This document shows positions 28,010 through 37,480 of a stretch of 64,000 bases of DNA, piece by piece. Origin of the DNA: Bythopirellula sp. (lineage in GTDB: Bacteria; Planctomycetota; Planctomycetia; Pirellulales; Lacipirellulaceae). Numbering within the stretch: position 1 is the first letter of the stretch; each line of letters starts with the position of its first letter. Both the position numbers and the translations under genes were made by a program. Location of the stretch: the NCBI GenBank assembly GCA_034439695.1, contig JAWXAV010000047.1, forward strand, positions 248 to 64,247, given 5' to 3'. The notes beneath the pieces are model-generated. The model worked only from the letters and a program-made list of their open reading frames with translations. It had not been told where the DNA came from and ran no database searches.

Positions 28010-28586
28010 CCCCCTCACGCATTCAGGAAGCGGCGCAGATATTTCTGCCGGAACTGCGTATCCGCCGCGGCGGATTCCGGCCTACGTTCTCAAATTGTCG
28101 CAATCGGCGGCCGACCTTTACCTTGAAATCTCGATTGTTATCTGCCACTCTTCAAGGTGATAGTTAGAGATGCTCCGCCGTTTACGCCATTTATCGCATC
28201 TTTATTCGACGAAACAAAATCCTGGTAACAATCTAGTATGCCCATTCGTTCTCATGACATTATTTAGCGAACTCTGCTAGGTCAGGATGAATCAGAATGG
28301 GCACAAACTGTTGTCGATTGCTCAGCCGCCTTTCCTCCCATGCTTCGACGTCGGAAACTCGGGCGTATCGAATGCGGCCGCGTTGCTCATAGGGTAGTTC
28401 GCCGGAGAGCATCGCGGCCAAGACCGTTTCGCGACGCATTCGTTGTTGCTTGCGGATGGCATCAACAGTCAACCAGCGAATCGGCTGAAGTGGATTGTTT
28501 AGCCGAGCCATGGTATTTCCTCTCCTCAAATAAGGCCACGAAACTTCACACAGTTTGTAGAGCGTAGTTCCCCCTCACGCATTCAG
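28010..28586. mobile_element. Putative minimal integrated islet bounded by a 17-bp direct repeat (att-like)
   Basis: CCCCCTCACGCATTCAG is identical at 28010-28026 and 28570-28586; the second copy contains the last codons and stop of the DUF3500 gene. Confidence 0.6.
28260..28511 (-). CDS. Excisionase-like / HTH_17-type small DNA-binding protein
   Basis: GAGGAGA RBS, ATG 28511; WLTVDAIRKQQRMRRETVLAAMLSGELPYEQRGRIRYARVSDVEAW follows the Xis/MerR-like LT...G.LP...G....DV..W pattern. Confidence 0.65.
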   Translation of the reverse strand: MARLNNPLQPIRWLTVDAIRKQQRMRRETVLAAMLSGELPYEQRGRIRYARVSDVEAWEERRLSNRQQFVPILIHPDLAEFAK

Positions 28587-29636
28587 CTTCACGCTCGCGC
28601 TATCCGACACGTTGACCCACACGTGTACATGGGGCGAACCGCGGAAGTGCCAGACGAATGACGGCCCTTCGAGCCGCCAGTTGTCCCACGTCTTGTCCTT
28701 GCCGATATCGCCCTGCTCGTAGAATGCCAAGTGGCAGGCATCAAGGCCCCCTTGCGCGTTGAGGGCGGCGATTGCTTCGTCGCGGTCGTTTTGCCGATAG
28801 GGCTCGACCAATTTTTTGAGCACTTCTTGCACTCGGGTCCGCTGATCGCTCGTGAGCTCGGTGAGGGGAATGCCCTGAAACTGGCCGCTCTCGCCTTGGA
28901 AACCAACTTTTTCTTCGCGTGGCATACCCCGCCTGACGAGAGCCAGTTGTTGCTGCTTGCCATCGAGGGCTTGGTACAGCTTGTTCGCCTCGACGGCTTG
29001 GGGCCAGAAGACATTCCCCGGATGGTGCGCTTCTTCATCAAAACCCTCGCCGGAGTGGCCGTAGAAAATCGGCCCGCCGAACGCGACGTGGTCCGTCGTG
29101 TTGCCGTCGCAGCGCACGGTCATGTGCCGGCCGGTCATCACGAATTCAAAATGCTCGCTTCCCGGCTCGCCAAAGATCGCGACGCTGTTCTGCTCGCCAA
29201 AGCCGCCGGAATCATCCGACAGTTGCTGGTCGATTTTTGCATGCCATTCGGGACTGTAAAGATTCTCAAACACCGCGCGAATGAGAGCGCGTTGGTCGCC
29301 GGTATAAAAATCGTCGTTCACATAGTAATCGGTGATGTCCCAATTGTTGGCAACCCGCGTGCGCAGCAGCCCGCGCTTGGCATCTTGGTGATCCCAGGCA
29401 AAGCAAATTTTCTCGCGCTGGCCGGGGGTGAGCGCTTCGTAGAGCAGCTTCACCAGCGATTCCGCCGACTGGATGGCAGGTAAGGCGGCTGTTTGCTCCG
29501 CCGCACGCAGCGAAAACGGTGTGCTCGCGACGGCCAAGCCCGAAGCCAAGAGCGACACGCCGGTCTGCTCCAAAAAATTCCGCCGATTGATGCTCGTCAA
29601 CGAAAAATCTTCGCAACAACGTCCCCAAGGATCCAT
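28575..29636 (-). CDS. Tat-exported DUF3500-family protein
   Basis: NRRNFL twin-arginine signal; LTPGQREK, GRHMTVRCD, WRLEGPSFVWHFRGSPHVH. Start may be TTG 29600. Confidence 0.75.
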   Translation of the reverse strand: MDPWGRCCEDFSLTSINRRNFLEQTGVSLLASGLAVASTPFSLRAAEQTAALPAIQSAESLVKLLYEALTPGQREKICFAWDHQDAKRGLLRTRVANNWDITDYYVNDDFYTGDQRALIRAVFENLYSPEWHAKIDQQLSDDSGGFGEQNSVAIFGEPGSEHFEFVMTGRHMTVRCDGNTTDHVAFGGPIFYGHSGEGFDEEAHHPGNVFWPQAVEANKLYQALDGKQQQLALVRRGMPREEKVGFQGESGQFQGIPLTELTSDQRTRVQEVLKKLVEPYRQNDRDEAIAALNAQGGLDACHLAFYEQGDIGKDKTWDNWRLEGPSFVWHFRGSPHVHVWVNVSDSASVKLNA

Positions 29637-29918
29637 CGCTCACCTCCCACTGCATTTGGAAATGTTAAATCCGACCACCGCAATGGAAATTAGACCAAAA
29701 CCACCGCTTCTTCGCAAATTCTTGATAAAAGCTCGCCTGAATCGCAGCGTGCAAGTTGCGTGCTTGTTTTCTCTCGTAAAAGGCCGAATTGCCTCTCCTC
29801 ATCAGACCTATTCACTACAAGCCGAACTCCAACCGAGATTTTGGCGACAGCCGCCCGCGATCAAGAAGATATTCTAAACTTGACCATAGGCTCATTACCC
29901 CGGCCGTATCCAATCTTC

Positions 29919-30914
29919 ATGGCGTCCACGCATACACCATCCTCGGCAGACAAACTCCCTGAATGTTCAGGCGAGTTCACCTGCATACCGCTATCGGTAT
30001 TCCGCGTTCAGCGGACCGTGGAAGTCAGCCTCTATTGTCAACTCGAGAGCGCAGCCACTCCGGTCCTTTATCGCAGTGCCGCGATCCCCATCACCGACGC
30101 CGACGTCGAAGGCCTCAAGAACCGTGGCCATCGCGCGCTGTATGTCGCCTCGACCGATTTCGCGGCCTTCGGCAATTCGTTGTCAGCATCATTGCACGAC
30201 GCACTCGTTGACGAATCCATCGCCGCCGAAGAGCGCTTCTCGTTCTTGCAATCGGTGATGGCGGTGGAAGTCAACGCGGCCTTTAACATGATTAAGTGTG
30301 ACCGCTTCGTAAGCCTCGCGCAAAGCTTATCCAAACAAATTGCCAAGCTGCTCGAGCGGAACACCGTTGTCCCCCGCAAACTGTTCGCGATGGTGCAGCA
30401 CGATTTCTACACCTTCACGCATGTGACCAACGTCGCGGGCTTTGCCACGTTGCTCGCTGAGAAACTCGGTTACACCGACCCAACGATCAAGGAACAGATC
30501 ACTGTCGGCGCGCTGCTGCACGACATCGGCAAACGATTCATCCCCGCGGCCTTGCTCGGCAAAAAAGGAGCGCTCACCGAGTCGGAATGGGCTCTTATTA
30601 AAACTCACCCCCAGCGCGGCTACGAAGATTTATGTGATCGCCAGGACTTGAACGAAGCGCAATTGCTGATGGTTTACTCGCATCATGAACGCATGGATGG
30701 CCAAGGCTATCCCGTGGGCATGGTCGGCGAGGAGATTCATCCTTGGGCCAGGCTGTTGGCAGTGGTTGACGTGTTCGACGCGATCACCAGCGCTCGCCCC
30801 TATCGCACCCCAAAAAAACTGAGCGAAGGCTTGGATTATCTCGAACGCCAGGCAGGCACCCATTTTGAAAGCGAGTTGGTCCGATGTTGGATCTCGGCAA
30901 TGAAAGAGTATTAA
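29919..30914 (+). CDS. HD-GYP c-di-GMP phosphodiesterase with N-terminal accessory region
   Basis: YTFTHVTNV, LLHDIGK, IKTHPQRG, HHERMDGQGYP, AVVDVFDAITSARPY. Start ATG 29919. Confidence 0.9.
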   Translation: MASTHTPSSADKLPECSGEFTCIPLSVFRVQRTVEVSLYCQLESAATPVLYRSAAIPITDADVEGLKNRGHRALYVASTDFAAFGNSLSASLHDALVDESIAAEERFSFLQSVMAVEVNAAFNMIKCDRFVSLAQSLSKQIAKLLERNTVVPRKLFAMVQHDFYTFTHVTNVAGFATLLAEKLGYTDPTIKEQITVGALLHDIGKRFIPAALLGKKGALTESEWALIKTHPQRGYEDLCDRQDLNEAQLLMVYSHHERMDGQGYPVGMVGEEIHPWARLLAVVDVFDAITSARPYRTPKKLSEGLDYLERQAGTHFESELVRCWISAMKEY

Positions 30915-31288
30915 CCGAACACGACTGGCATGCGCTCGAGTCGCGGACGCAATTGCCCGCGAGTGTGCGCGATTGCTGGCTCAGGTACGGCCAAGACGGT
31001 GTGATGGCTAGCTGCCAGCGCCGCTATGCCAGACAGCCGCTTCACAAGTATGCCATTCTGCTTGCCGACGGCGTGCAACATGCGTGCTATGCCAAAGACA
31101 TTTCCCGCCTGGGCATCGGCTTCTTTGCGCCCCTCAACTTGCTGCCCAAAGCCATCGTGCAGCTCTGGTTGCCTCATGGCCAGATCATGCAACTCCGCAT
31201 CACGCGCTGTCGCCGCCTGGACGCGAATTGCTATGAGATTGGCACGGTCTTTTACTGCGAATCCGAGAAACGCCCAAAGTCGAGATAA
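30884..31288 (+). CDS. PilZ-domain protein
   Basis: RRYAR (RxxxR) and DISRLG (DxSxxG) c-di-GMP-binding motifs; C-terminal YEIGTVF. Confidence 0.8.
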   Translation: MLDLGNERVLTEHDWHALESRTQLPASVRDCWLRYGQDGVMASCQRRYARQPLHKYAILLADGVQHACYAKDISRLGIGFFAPLNLLPKAIVQLWLPHGQIMQLRITRCRRLDANCYEIGTVFYCESEKRPKSR

Positions 31289-31414
31289 CTCGGCCAGTTT
31301 CCGGGAACGAGAGCTGCCGTAAACTTCGTGCCCTCACGCGCCCTCGTCAGCGGGACATTCTCGCCCTACACTTGATCTGAGGCGCAACTTGTCCATTTTT
31401 CTCCCAGGCCCGTC

Positions 31415-32407
31415 ATGTCCGCAGCTCATCCCGAACCCACGGCCGACGATAATTACCCTCAAATCGACGCCAAAAATACCGACCGCCAACTGTCGCATTA
31501 CTACTCGAACAGCTTCACGCGCTACACGAACTTCGAGCAGCTCGCCAAAGGGGGCTCCGCGATCCTGCAAACGTGCCGGGACGGCAATCTGGGCCGCACA
31601 GTGGTAATGAAAACATTGCACCCCCATCTCGCTCAAAGCGAATACATGAAGGCTCGCTTTTTGCGCGAGGCCCGAGTCACTGCCCAGCTACAACATCCCG
31701 CGACGGTTCCCGTGTACGAAATCGGCCACGACCTCGAAGGTCGGCTCTACTTCACGATGAAGAAAGTTGAGGGGGAGACTCTCCGCGAAATTCTCGACAA
31801 GCAAACCGTCGGGGATCCACAATCCCTCGCCACCTATAATCTCGACCGCATGTTGGGAATCATCATCCAAGTGTGCAATGCACTCTCCTACGCTCATGTG
31901 CATGGCGTGGTCCATCGCGACGTGAAGCCCGAGAATATTCTGATCGGCTCCTACGGCGAAGTGATTCTCCTGGACTGGGGCGTCGCCAAAGTGTGGGCCA
32001 ACGACGACCCCGAACTCCAGGAAGTCGAGCACGAGATTCTCACCGACGCGAGCCAACGGCCCGGCACACCACTTTATATGTCCCCCGAACAAATTCGCGG
32101 TGGCGGTGATAGCATCGACGCCCGCACCGACGTCTACGGCATTGGCGCGGTGCTGTACGAAATCTTGACCCTCAAGGAACCGCATCGCGGCGAGAACATC
32201 GGCGAAACCTTCGACATGATTCTCAAGCAAGCCACGATCCCCCCCGACCAGCGGACCCCCAAGCGGCAAGTTCCGAAGCGTCTCTCGGCCATCGCCATGC
32301 AAGCCTTGGAAAAAGACCCCGTTCGGCGTTTCCAGACGATGCAAGAGTTGATCGACGCGCTACGCGATTTCCGCAGCCGGGCGCTGCAATCGCTCACAGA
32401 TCACTGA
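31415..32407 (+). CDS. Hanks-type Ser/Thr protein kinase (cytoplasmic)
   Basis: LAKGGSA, VVMK, FLREARVTAQLQHP, HRDVKPEN, DWG, GTPLYMSPEQ, DVYGIG. Confidence 0.93.
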   Translation: MSAAHPEPTADDNYPQIDAKNTDRQLSHYYSNSFTRYTNFEQLAKGGSAILQTCRDGNLGRTVVMKTLHPHLAQSEYMKARFLREARVTAQLQHPATVPVYEIGHDLEGRLYFTMKKVEGETLREILDKQTVGDPQSLATYNLDRMLGIIIQVCNALSYAHVHGVVHRDVKPENILIGSYGEVILLDWGVAKVWANDDPELQEVEHEILTDASQRPGTPLYMSPEQIRGGGDSIDARTDVYGIGAVLYEILTLKEPHRGENIGETFDMILKQATIPPDQRTPKRQVPKRLSAIAMQALEKDPVRRFQTMQELIDALRDFRSRALQSLTDH

Positions 32408-32453
32408 GTGAAGTAAAAATTACATCGGTTTGTCATCACGACCAAAGCGACAC

Positions 32454-32525
32454 GTCATTCCCGCGCAGGCGGGAATCTAGTTTTTCGCCGCCGCCGCCTG
32501 GATTCCCGCCTACGCGGGAAAGACG
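32454..32525. repeat. dRS3-like palindrome doublet, copy 2
   Basis: gtcattcccgcgcaggcgggaatctag ... ctggattcccgcctacgcgggaaagac. Confidence 0.85.
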
Positions 32526-32715
32526 GAAATGGCTGTTAAACCTTGCCGGGCAGGGAATGTTTTTCACGAATTCTGATTATCACGCCCGTAGTTGATATTC
32601 TGATTTCATTGGCTTGGTTAATTCGATTCTTCACACAGTTGCCAGCTCACGGATTTCGAGCCATCAACCTCGGGCATGCTTTGCGCAGCCTCGCAAAAAA
32701 CCAGAAGGATTCTCC

Positions 32716-33822
32716 ATGAAAGCCAAGGGATTGGTTTGGTGTGCGGCAGTGCAACTGTCGCTAGTCTTGGCTCCCGCCGGTTTTGCTGACAATGACGATG
32801 AGCTACCCAGCGTCGTCAACACGGCGCTCGCGACTGATTCGTACGACGAAAATGTACAACCCGTCGTGTTCGAGCGTATGACCGCTGCCTCACGAGACCC
32901 GTTTTGTTATGGCAGTGTGGAAATGATGTTCTTGGACATCAATGCCGATACCGGAGGCCGTATTACTGCCTCGTTCAATGACAATACTACGCCTGGCACG
33001 GAAATTTCATTCGACACGGGTACAGGCGTACAAGATGCATTCGGGGTAGGCGCACGGACGGTCCTTGGCCGTCAATTTAGCAATAAGTGGGGAATGGCAG
33101 CTCGCTATTTCCACCTCGAAGACACCGAGACTGGAGTCCCTCGTCTGACGCCGGGCACAACGCCCCTTCCCAACTTCGGCACCTACACCGAAACAGATAC
33201 GCTGAAGATGTACTCGATCGACCTCGAAGCGGTACGGAGTTTCAACCCTGGGAAGACTAAGATTGATACCACTTTTGGCGCCCGCCACGCCTCGCTCGAC
33301 GTCGACTCGTTGTTCCATGCCTTTGGCGTGATCACGACTGGCAACTTTGTGAATCTTAACTTGTCGAATGGCTGTGCCTTTGACGGCACAGGCATTACCA
33401 GTGCCATGACATTCCGTCGCCAGATTGGCGATTCCTGTGCTTCGTTATTCATCGGTGGTCGCGGATCGAAGATGTGGAACCATACCGACTCCTTCGGTCG
33501 TTCCGCTGGTACTATCGTCTCTAACCCCTCAACTCCGCTATCCGGTGCCGCGACAGTGACACGCAACAACGCCGCAAGCGACCTCGTGATCTGGGAAGGT
33601 TCAGCCGGCGTACATTTCGAGTTCGAGCTGCGTAACTTGCCCGCCACGGCGTTCTTCCGCGTGGCTGCTGAATACCAAGACTGGGACATCAATGGGCCGC
33701 CGACGGGTGGTGCTGGCTTTGGTGGTACGATCGGCGATTTGACGACCAACAGCTTTTCGTCAGCTGGCCTCGGCGATACCGAACTCACCGGCGGAACTGT
33801 GGCCATGGGCTTCACTTGGTGA
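32716..33822 (+). CDS. Outer-membrane beta-barrel protein (planctomycete Lpg1974/BBP7-like)
   Basis: ATG 32716 with AAGGA RBS, signal peptide, amphipathic strands, C-terminal MGFTW. Confidence 0.7.
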   Translation: MKAKGLVWCAAVQLSLVLAPAGFADNDDELPSVVNTALATDSYDENVQPVVFERMTAASRDPFCYGSVEMMFLDINADTGGRITASFNDNTTPGTEISFDTGTGVQDAFGVGARTVLGRQFSNKWGMAARYFHLEDTETGVPRLTPGTTPLPNFGTYTETDTLKMYSIDLEAVRSFNPGKTKIDTTFGARHASLDVDSLFHAFGVITTGNFVNLNLSNGCAFDGTGITSAMTFRRQIGDSCASLFIGGRGSKMWNHTDSFGRSAGTIVSNPSTPLSGAATVTRNNAASDLVIWEGSAGVHFEFELRNLPATAFFRVAAEYQDWDINGPPTGGAGFGGTIGDLTTNSFSSAGLGDTELTGGTVAMGFTW

Positions 33823-33850
33823 GCGAGAGCGGTTCGCATTGCAAAATCTC

Positions 33851-33890
33851 CCGGCGGTCGAGACATTTCTCGACCGCCGGTTGTGTTTTG
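33851..33890 (+). terminator. Intrinsic terminator
   Basis: 13-bp stem ccggcggtcgaga/tctcgaccgccgg followed by ttgtgtttt. Confidence 0.75.
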
Positions 33891-33952
33891 CCTACAATTC
33901 ACGACGTTAGCCGGCATCGCCCCGCTGCCGTTCCATTTTCGGAAGCGCCATC

Positions 33953-34459
33953 ATGTCCCGATTTATTTTGACCATCGTGGTACTTTCTTTTGCCGCCGAC
34001 TGCGCGCGCGGACAGGTCATCCAACAACAAACCGTCCAACTCCCCACGTTCCACTACTTCGGCGTCTCCACGACTGTCGTGGTTCCCACGCGCGGCACCA
34101 TTCCCTTGGGCGGAGTCACCTATGGCGGCATAACCCGCACCCCCTACGACAAAGTCGGTAGCTCTTTCGAGCGATTCTCGGCAACGAATCAATTGTCGCT
34201 CGGCGCAACGGTTATCGACAATAACGAAATCGACCGCGCACTCTTGGCCGAAGCCGCCCGTCGTCGCGGGGCAAACGTCGACATCCTCGGTCGCCCCATC
34301 GAAACCGTGAATGGCGACGTTTACCTCCGCCGCGCCCGCGACGCCGAACTCACCAGCCAAGTGGAAGTCGCGAAAATCTTCTACCACCGCGCGGCCAAAC
34401 TCGGCAGCAAAGTCGCCGAAGCGCGCTTGGCACAACTCGACCGGGTCAAACAGAAGTGA
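33953..34459 (+). CDS. Secreted hypothetical protein with a secretin-C-terminus-like segment
   Basis: Signal peptide, then QQQTVQLPTFHYFGVSTTVVVPTRGTIPLGG. Confidence 0.7.
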   Translation: MSRFILTIVVLSFAADCARGQVIQQQTVQLPTFHYFGVSTTVVVPTRGTIPLGGVTYGGITRTPYDKVGSSFERFSATNQLSLGATVIDNNEIDRALLAEAARRRGANVDILGRPIETVNGDVYLRRARDAELTSQVEVAKIFYHRAAKLGSKVAEARLAQLDRVKQK

Positions 34460-34485
34460 CCCCAAAGCCGGACCGCAATATCTGA

Positions 34486-34515
34486 GTTGGAAATACCAAC
34501 TTCTTAAAGTATAAT
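34486..34515 (+). promoter_or_regulatory. sigma70-type promoter with overlapping palindrome, upstream of the ParDE-like TA pair
   Basis: TTGGAA(34487)-17 nt-TATAAT(34510); inverted repeat GTTGG-AAATA-CCAAC over the -35. Confidence 0.6.
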
Positions 34516-34566
34516 TCGAGACAAGCGTTACTCAGCGATGGCCTACTAACTCTCGCGAACTACTCC

Positions 34567-34809
34567 ATGTCATTTGAACTGACTCCCGATCAACGCCAAG
34601 CTGTCCTCGCCAATGCAGGGCTACCCTTGCATATTCACGATTCGGAAAGCAAAAAAGTCTTTCTCTTGATCGAACAAGGGTCCGAGCCGCTTCTCGACGA
34701 TGAATATATCGGCGAGGGCTTGCGAGTTGCCCGAGAACAAATCGCGCGCGGAGAACTGGCCTCACGCGGCATTGAAGAAGTCATCGCGGAAGCGCGGCGA
34801 CGGTCATAA
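34567..34809 (+). CDS. Putative antitoxin (ParD-like C-terminus)
   Basis: 80 aa, directly upstream of a ParE toxin; GLRVAREQIARGEL...EEVIAEARRR. Confidence 0.7.
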   Translation: MSFELTPDQRQAVLANAGLPLHIHDSESKKVFLLIEQGSEPLLDDEYIGEGLRVAREQIARGELASRGIEEVIAEARRRS

Positions 34810-34822
34810 TCCTGAGTGGAAT

Positions 34823-35119
34823 ATGCTGCCACTTATCCGCTCAGCTCACTCGGAAGAGGATTTAATCGCCATCTGGCGATACGTGGCTATCGAAGCAAGC
34901 AACCCAACTGCGGCTGATCGGCTATTGCGACTTCTTGATCGCCGTATCGAAATGCTCGCCAGCAATCCTTATCTTGGCGAACAACAGCCTCAATTCGGCG
35001 AACGCACCCGACGACTCATCGTGGGAAATTATTTGGTGTACTACGACGTGTTGGAAGATGCAGTGCATGTTTTGCGAATTTACCATGCAGCACGACGAAT
35101 CGACAAACTTTATCCCTGA
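34823..35119 (+). CDS. parE: ParE/RelE-family toxin
   Basis: ATG 34823; SAHSEEDLIAIWRY, NPYLG, RRLIVGNYLVYY, VLRIYHAAR. Confidence 0.85.
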   Translation: MLPLIRSAHSEEDLIAIWRYVAIEASNPTAADRLLRLLDRRIEMLASNPYLGEQQPQFGERTRRLIVGNYLVYYDVLEDAVHVLRIYHAARRIDKLYP

Positions 35120-35131
35120 GGACGCGCCTTC

Positions 35132-35965
35132 TCACTTCTGACACCGCCCACAAAAAAACGTCGAGCGCTGGCACTGCACGATTCGCTCGATCTTGCCTTT
35201 GCCACAGCGCATGCACATCTCGCCCGCGCGGGCATAGACGCGGTGTTCATTCTGATAGCCACCCTGCTTGTTGAGCGCATTACGATAGGTGCCATCGCTC
35301 AAGGTGGAACCTTCGTAGCGAATCGCGGTGTTGAGGACCAACCGAGTGGCATCGGCGAGTGAGTTCCAATGCTTCTTGGTGAGCGCGCTGCACCGCCGTT
35401 GCGGATGAATCCCCGCCAGGTGCAAAATTTCTGCCTCGTAGAGATTGCCAATCCCCGCCACCGCTCGTTGATCCAACATTGCCACTTTCACTTCGCGGCG
35501 CGAAGAGGCAAGCCGTGCGCGATAAAGTTCCGCAGTGATGACCAGCGCATCGGGACCTAGTTTTTCGGGGCCAAACTGCGATGCAAATTCTTTCGCCGAA
35601 AACAGGCGAACACTCCCCAGCCCACGACGGTCCCAATAGAAGATTTCTTTCAGTTTGCCACCCGCCAGTTCCAGCCGCCACCGTAGATGCTCTCTCGTCG
35701 GGGCATCATCCACAAGCACCAACCCCGTCATCCGCGGTTCAATGACAATCGCTTCACCACTGTCAAGCCAGATGACCACCCGCTTCCCCGCGCGGCCAAT
35801 TTCGGCAATTGTGGTCCCCACCACGCGGCGGCGAAAGCTGGCCAGCGCTGGCTTAATTTCAATCGGCAACCGCTGGCAACGCAACTTCTCCACGCCCAGA
35901 ATCCGGCTCCCCACGGCCGCCAAGATTCCCCGCCGCATCGTTTCCACTTCCGGTAGTTCAGGCAT
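35132..35965 (-). CDS. mutM: Formamidopyrimidine-DNA glycosylase
   Basis: MPELPEVE start (35965), RAGK, GIGNLY, C-terminal zinc finger CMRC...RSTFFCGRCQ. Confidence 0.95.
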   Translation of the reverse strand: MPELPEVETMRRGILAAVGSRILGVEKLRCQRLPIEIKPALASFRRRVVGTTIAEIGRAGKRVVIWLDSGEAIVIEPRMTGLVLVDDAPTREHLRWRLELAGGKLKEIFYWDRRGLGSVRLFSAKEFASQFGPEKLGPDALVITAELYRARLASSRREVKVAMLDQRAVAGIGNLYEAEILHLAGIHPQRRCSALTKKHWNSLADATRLVLNTAIRYEGSTLSDGTYRNALNKQGGYQNEHRVYARAGEMCMRCGKGKIERIVQCQRSTFFCGRCQK

Positions 35966-35970
35966 AAGGA

Positions 35971-36088
35971 GAATGTAAAATGTGAAATGTGTGATTGTAG
36001 ATGTTAGAAGAAGAAATAGCCGCGACACAACGTATTACATGGTGAACCTCTTACATCATCAATTTAACATTTTACATTTGACATTTCT
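35971..36088. repeat. Intergenic inverted element built from AAATGT(A/G) tandem units
   Basis: Left arm gaatgtaaaatgtgaaatgtg; right arm catcaatttaacattttacatttgacattt. Confidence 0.7.
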
Positions 36089-36130
36089 TTCTTGGCTATC
36101 GAGAATCAACTGTTCACCCAGGAATCTTTC

Positions 36131-37351
36131 ATGACAACAGACGCTCTCACCGAGACTTTACAAGTCCCCGATGCCGCCGGTCGTTATGGCGCATTTGGGG
36201 GGCGATACGTGCCGGAAACCTTGGTCTACGCCCTCGATCAGTTGGTCAAGGAATACGACGCCGCGCGGCGAGATCCGGCCTTTCAAGCCGAACTCGACGA
36301 CCTGCTGCAAAACTATGTCGGCCGGCCTTCGCCTTTGTACTTTGCCAAACGGCTCACCGAGCAATGTGGCGGGGCCGAGATTTGGCTCAAACGCGAAGAC
36401 CTCAACCACACCGGTGCTCACAAGATCAACAACACGCTCGGCCAAGCCCTACTCACCTTGCGGATGGGTAAGCAGCGCGTGATCGCCGAAACCGGCGCGG
36501 GCCAACACGGCGTGGCCACTGCCACGGCCTGTGCCCACTTCGGCCTCGATTGCGTGGTCTACATGGGCGAGGAAGACATTCGCCGTCAGGCACCCAATGT
36601 GTTCAGCATGAAACTGCTCGGCGCTGAAGTGCGGCCCGTGAGCAGCGGCTCACGCACCTTGCGCGACGCGATCAACGAAGCGATGCGCGACTGGATGTCG
36701 AGCGTCGAAACCACCCACTACATTCTCGGCTCGGTCGTCGGTCCCCATCCCTTCCCGCAAATCGTCCGCGACTTCCAATCAGTCATCGGCCGCGAGACCA
36801 TCGAACAATCTCGCTTGCGGCTTAGCGACCTTCCCGATGTGGTCGTCGCCTGCGTCGGTGGTGGCAGCAACGCCGCCGGCATGTTTTATCCGTTCGTCAA
36901 CTTGAAAGAAGTCGAACTAGTCGGCGTCGAAGCCGGCGGTCGCGGCAACAAGCCCGGCGACCACGCTTCGCCGCTCACCTACGGCAGTCCCGGCGTCTTG
37001 CACGGCAGTTTCAGCTATGTGATGCAAGACGAAGACGGCCAAACCTGCGATGTGCATTCCATGTCGGCCGGCCTCGATTATCCCGGCGTTGGCCCCGAGC
37101 ACAGCTATTGGAAAGATTCGGGTCGCGTCACCTACACCAGTTGCACCGACGAAGCCGCGATGGCAGCGTTCGATGCCTTGGCGAGCCTGGAAGGAATTCT
37201 CCCCGCGCTCGAATCGTCGCACGCTATCGCCGAAGCGATGCGACTCGCCGCGAAACGCAAGAAGACCGAGCGAATCGTGGTCTGCCTCTCCGGCCGCGGC
37301 GACAAAGATGCGTCGGAATTGGCCCGCTTGAAGGGCGTGAAATTCGGTTAA
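36131..37351 (+). CDS. trpB: Tryptophan synthase beta chain
   Basis: [66 protein letters not shown]. Confidence 0.97.
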   Translation: MTTDALTETLQVPDAAGRYGAFGGRYVPETLVYALDQLVKEYDAARRDPAFQAELDDLLQNYVGRPSPLYFAKRLTEQCGGAEIWLKREDLNHTGAHKINNTLGQALLTLRMGKQRVIAETGAGQHGVATATACAHFGLDCVVYMGEEDIRRQAPNVFSMKLLGAEVRPVSSGSRTLRDAINEAMRDWMSSVETTHYILGSVVGPHPFPQIVRDFQSVIGRETIEQSRLRLSDLPDVVVACVGGGSNAAGMFYPFVNLKEVELVGVEAGGRGNKPGDHASPLTYGSPGVLHGSFSYVMQDEDGQTCDVHSMSAGLDYPGVGPEHSYWKDSGRVTYTSCTDEAAMAAFDALASLEGILPALESSHAIAEAMRLAAKRKKTERIVVCLSGRGDKDASELARLKGVKFG

Positions 37352-37359
37352 GATTTTTT

Positions 37360-37448
37360 GCCACAGAGATCACAGAGGACACAGAGAATTGAATAACACA
37401 TATCCAAATTTTATTTTTCTCCGTGCTCTCTGTGTCCTCTGTGGTTAA
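37360..37448. repeat. CACAGAG tandem-unit inverted element (full copy)
   Basis: gccacagagatcacagaggacacagag ... ctccgtgctctctgtgtcctctgtggt, between trpB and trpA. Confidence 0.8.
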
Positions 37449-37480
37449 TTATTGATTTGTATTGGAATATGCGATACTAA

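Noticed and set aside
34451-35140. 9-bp inverted match CAGAAGTGA/TCACTTCTG flanking the ParDE module
   Set aside because: Both are just the QK-stop ends of convergent genes; too short to separate from chance.
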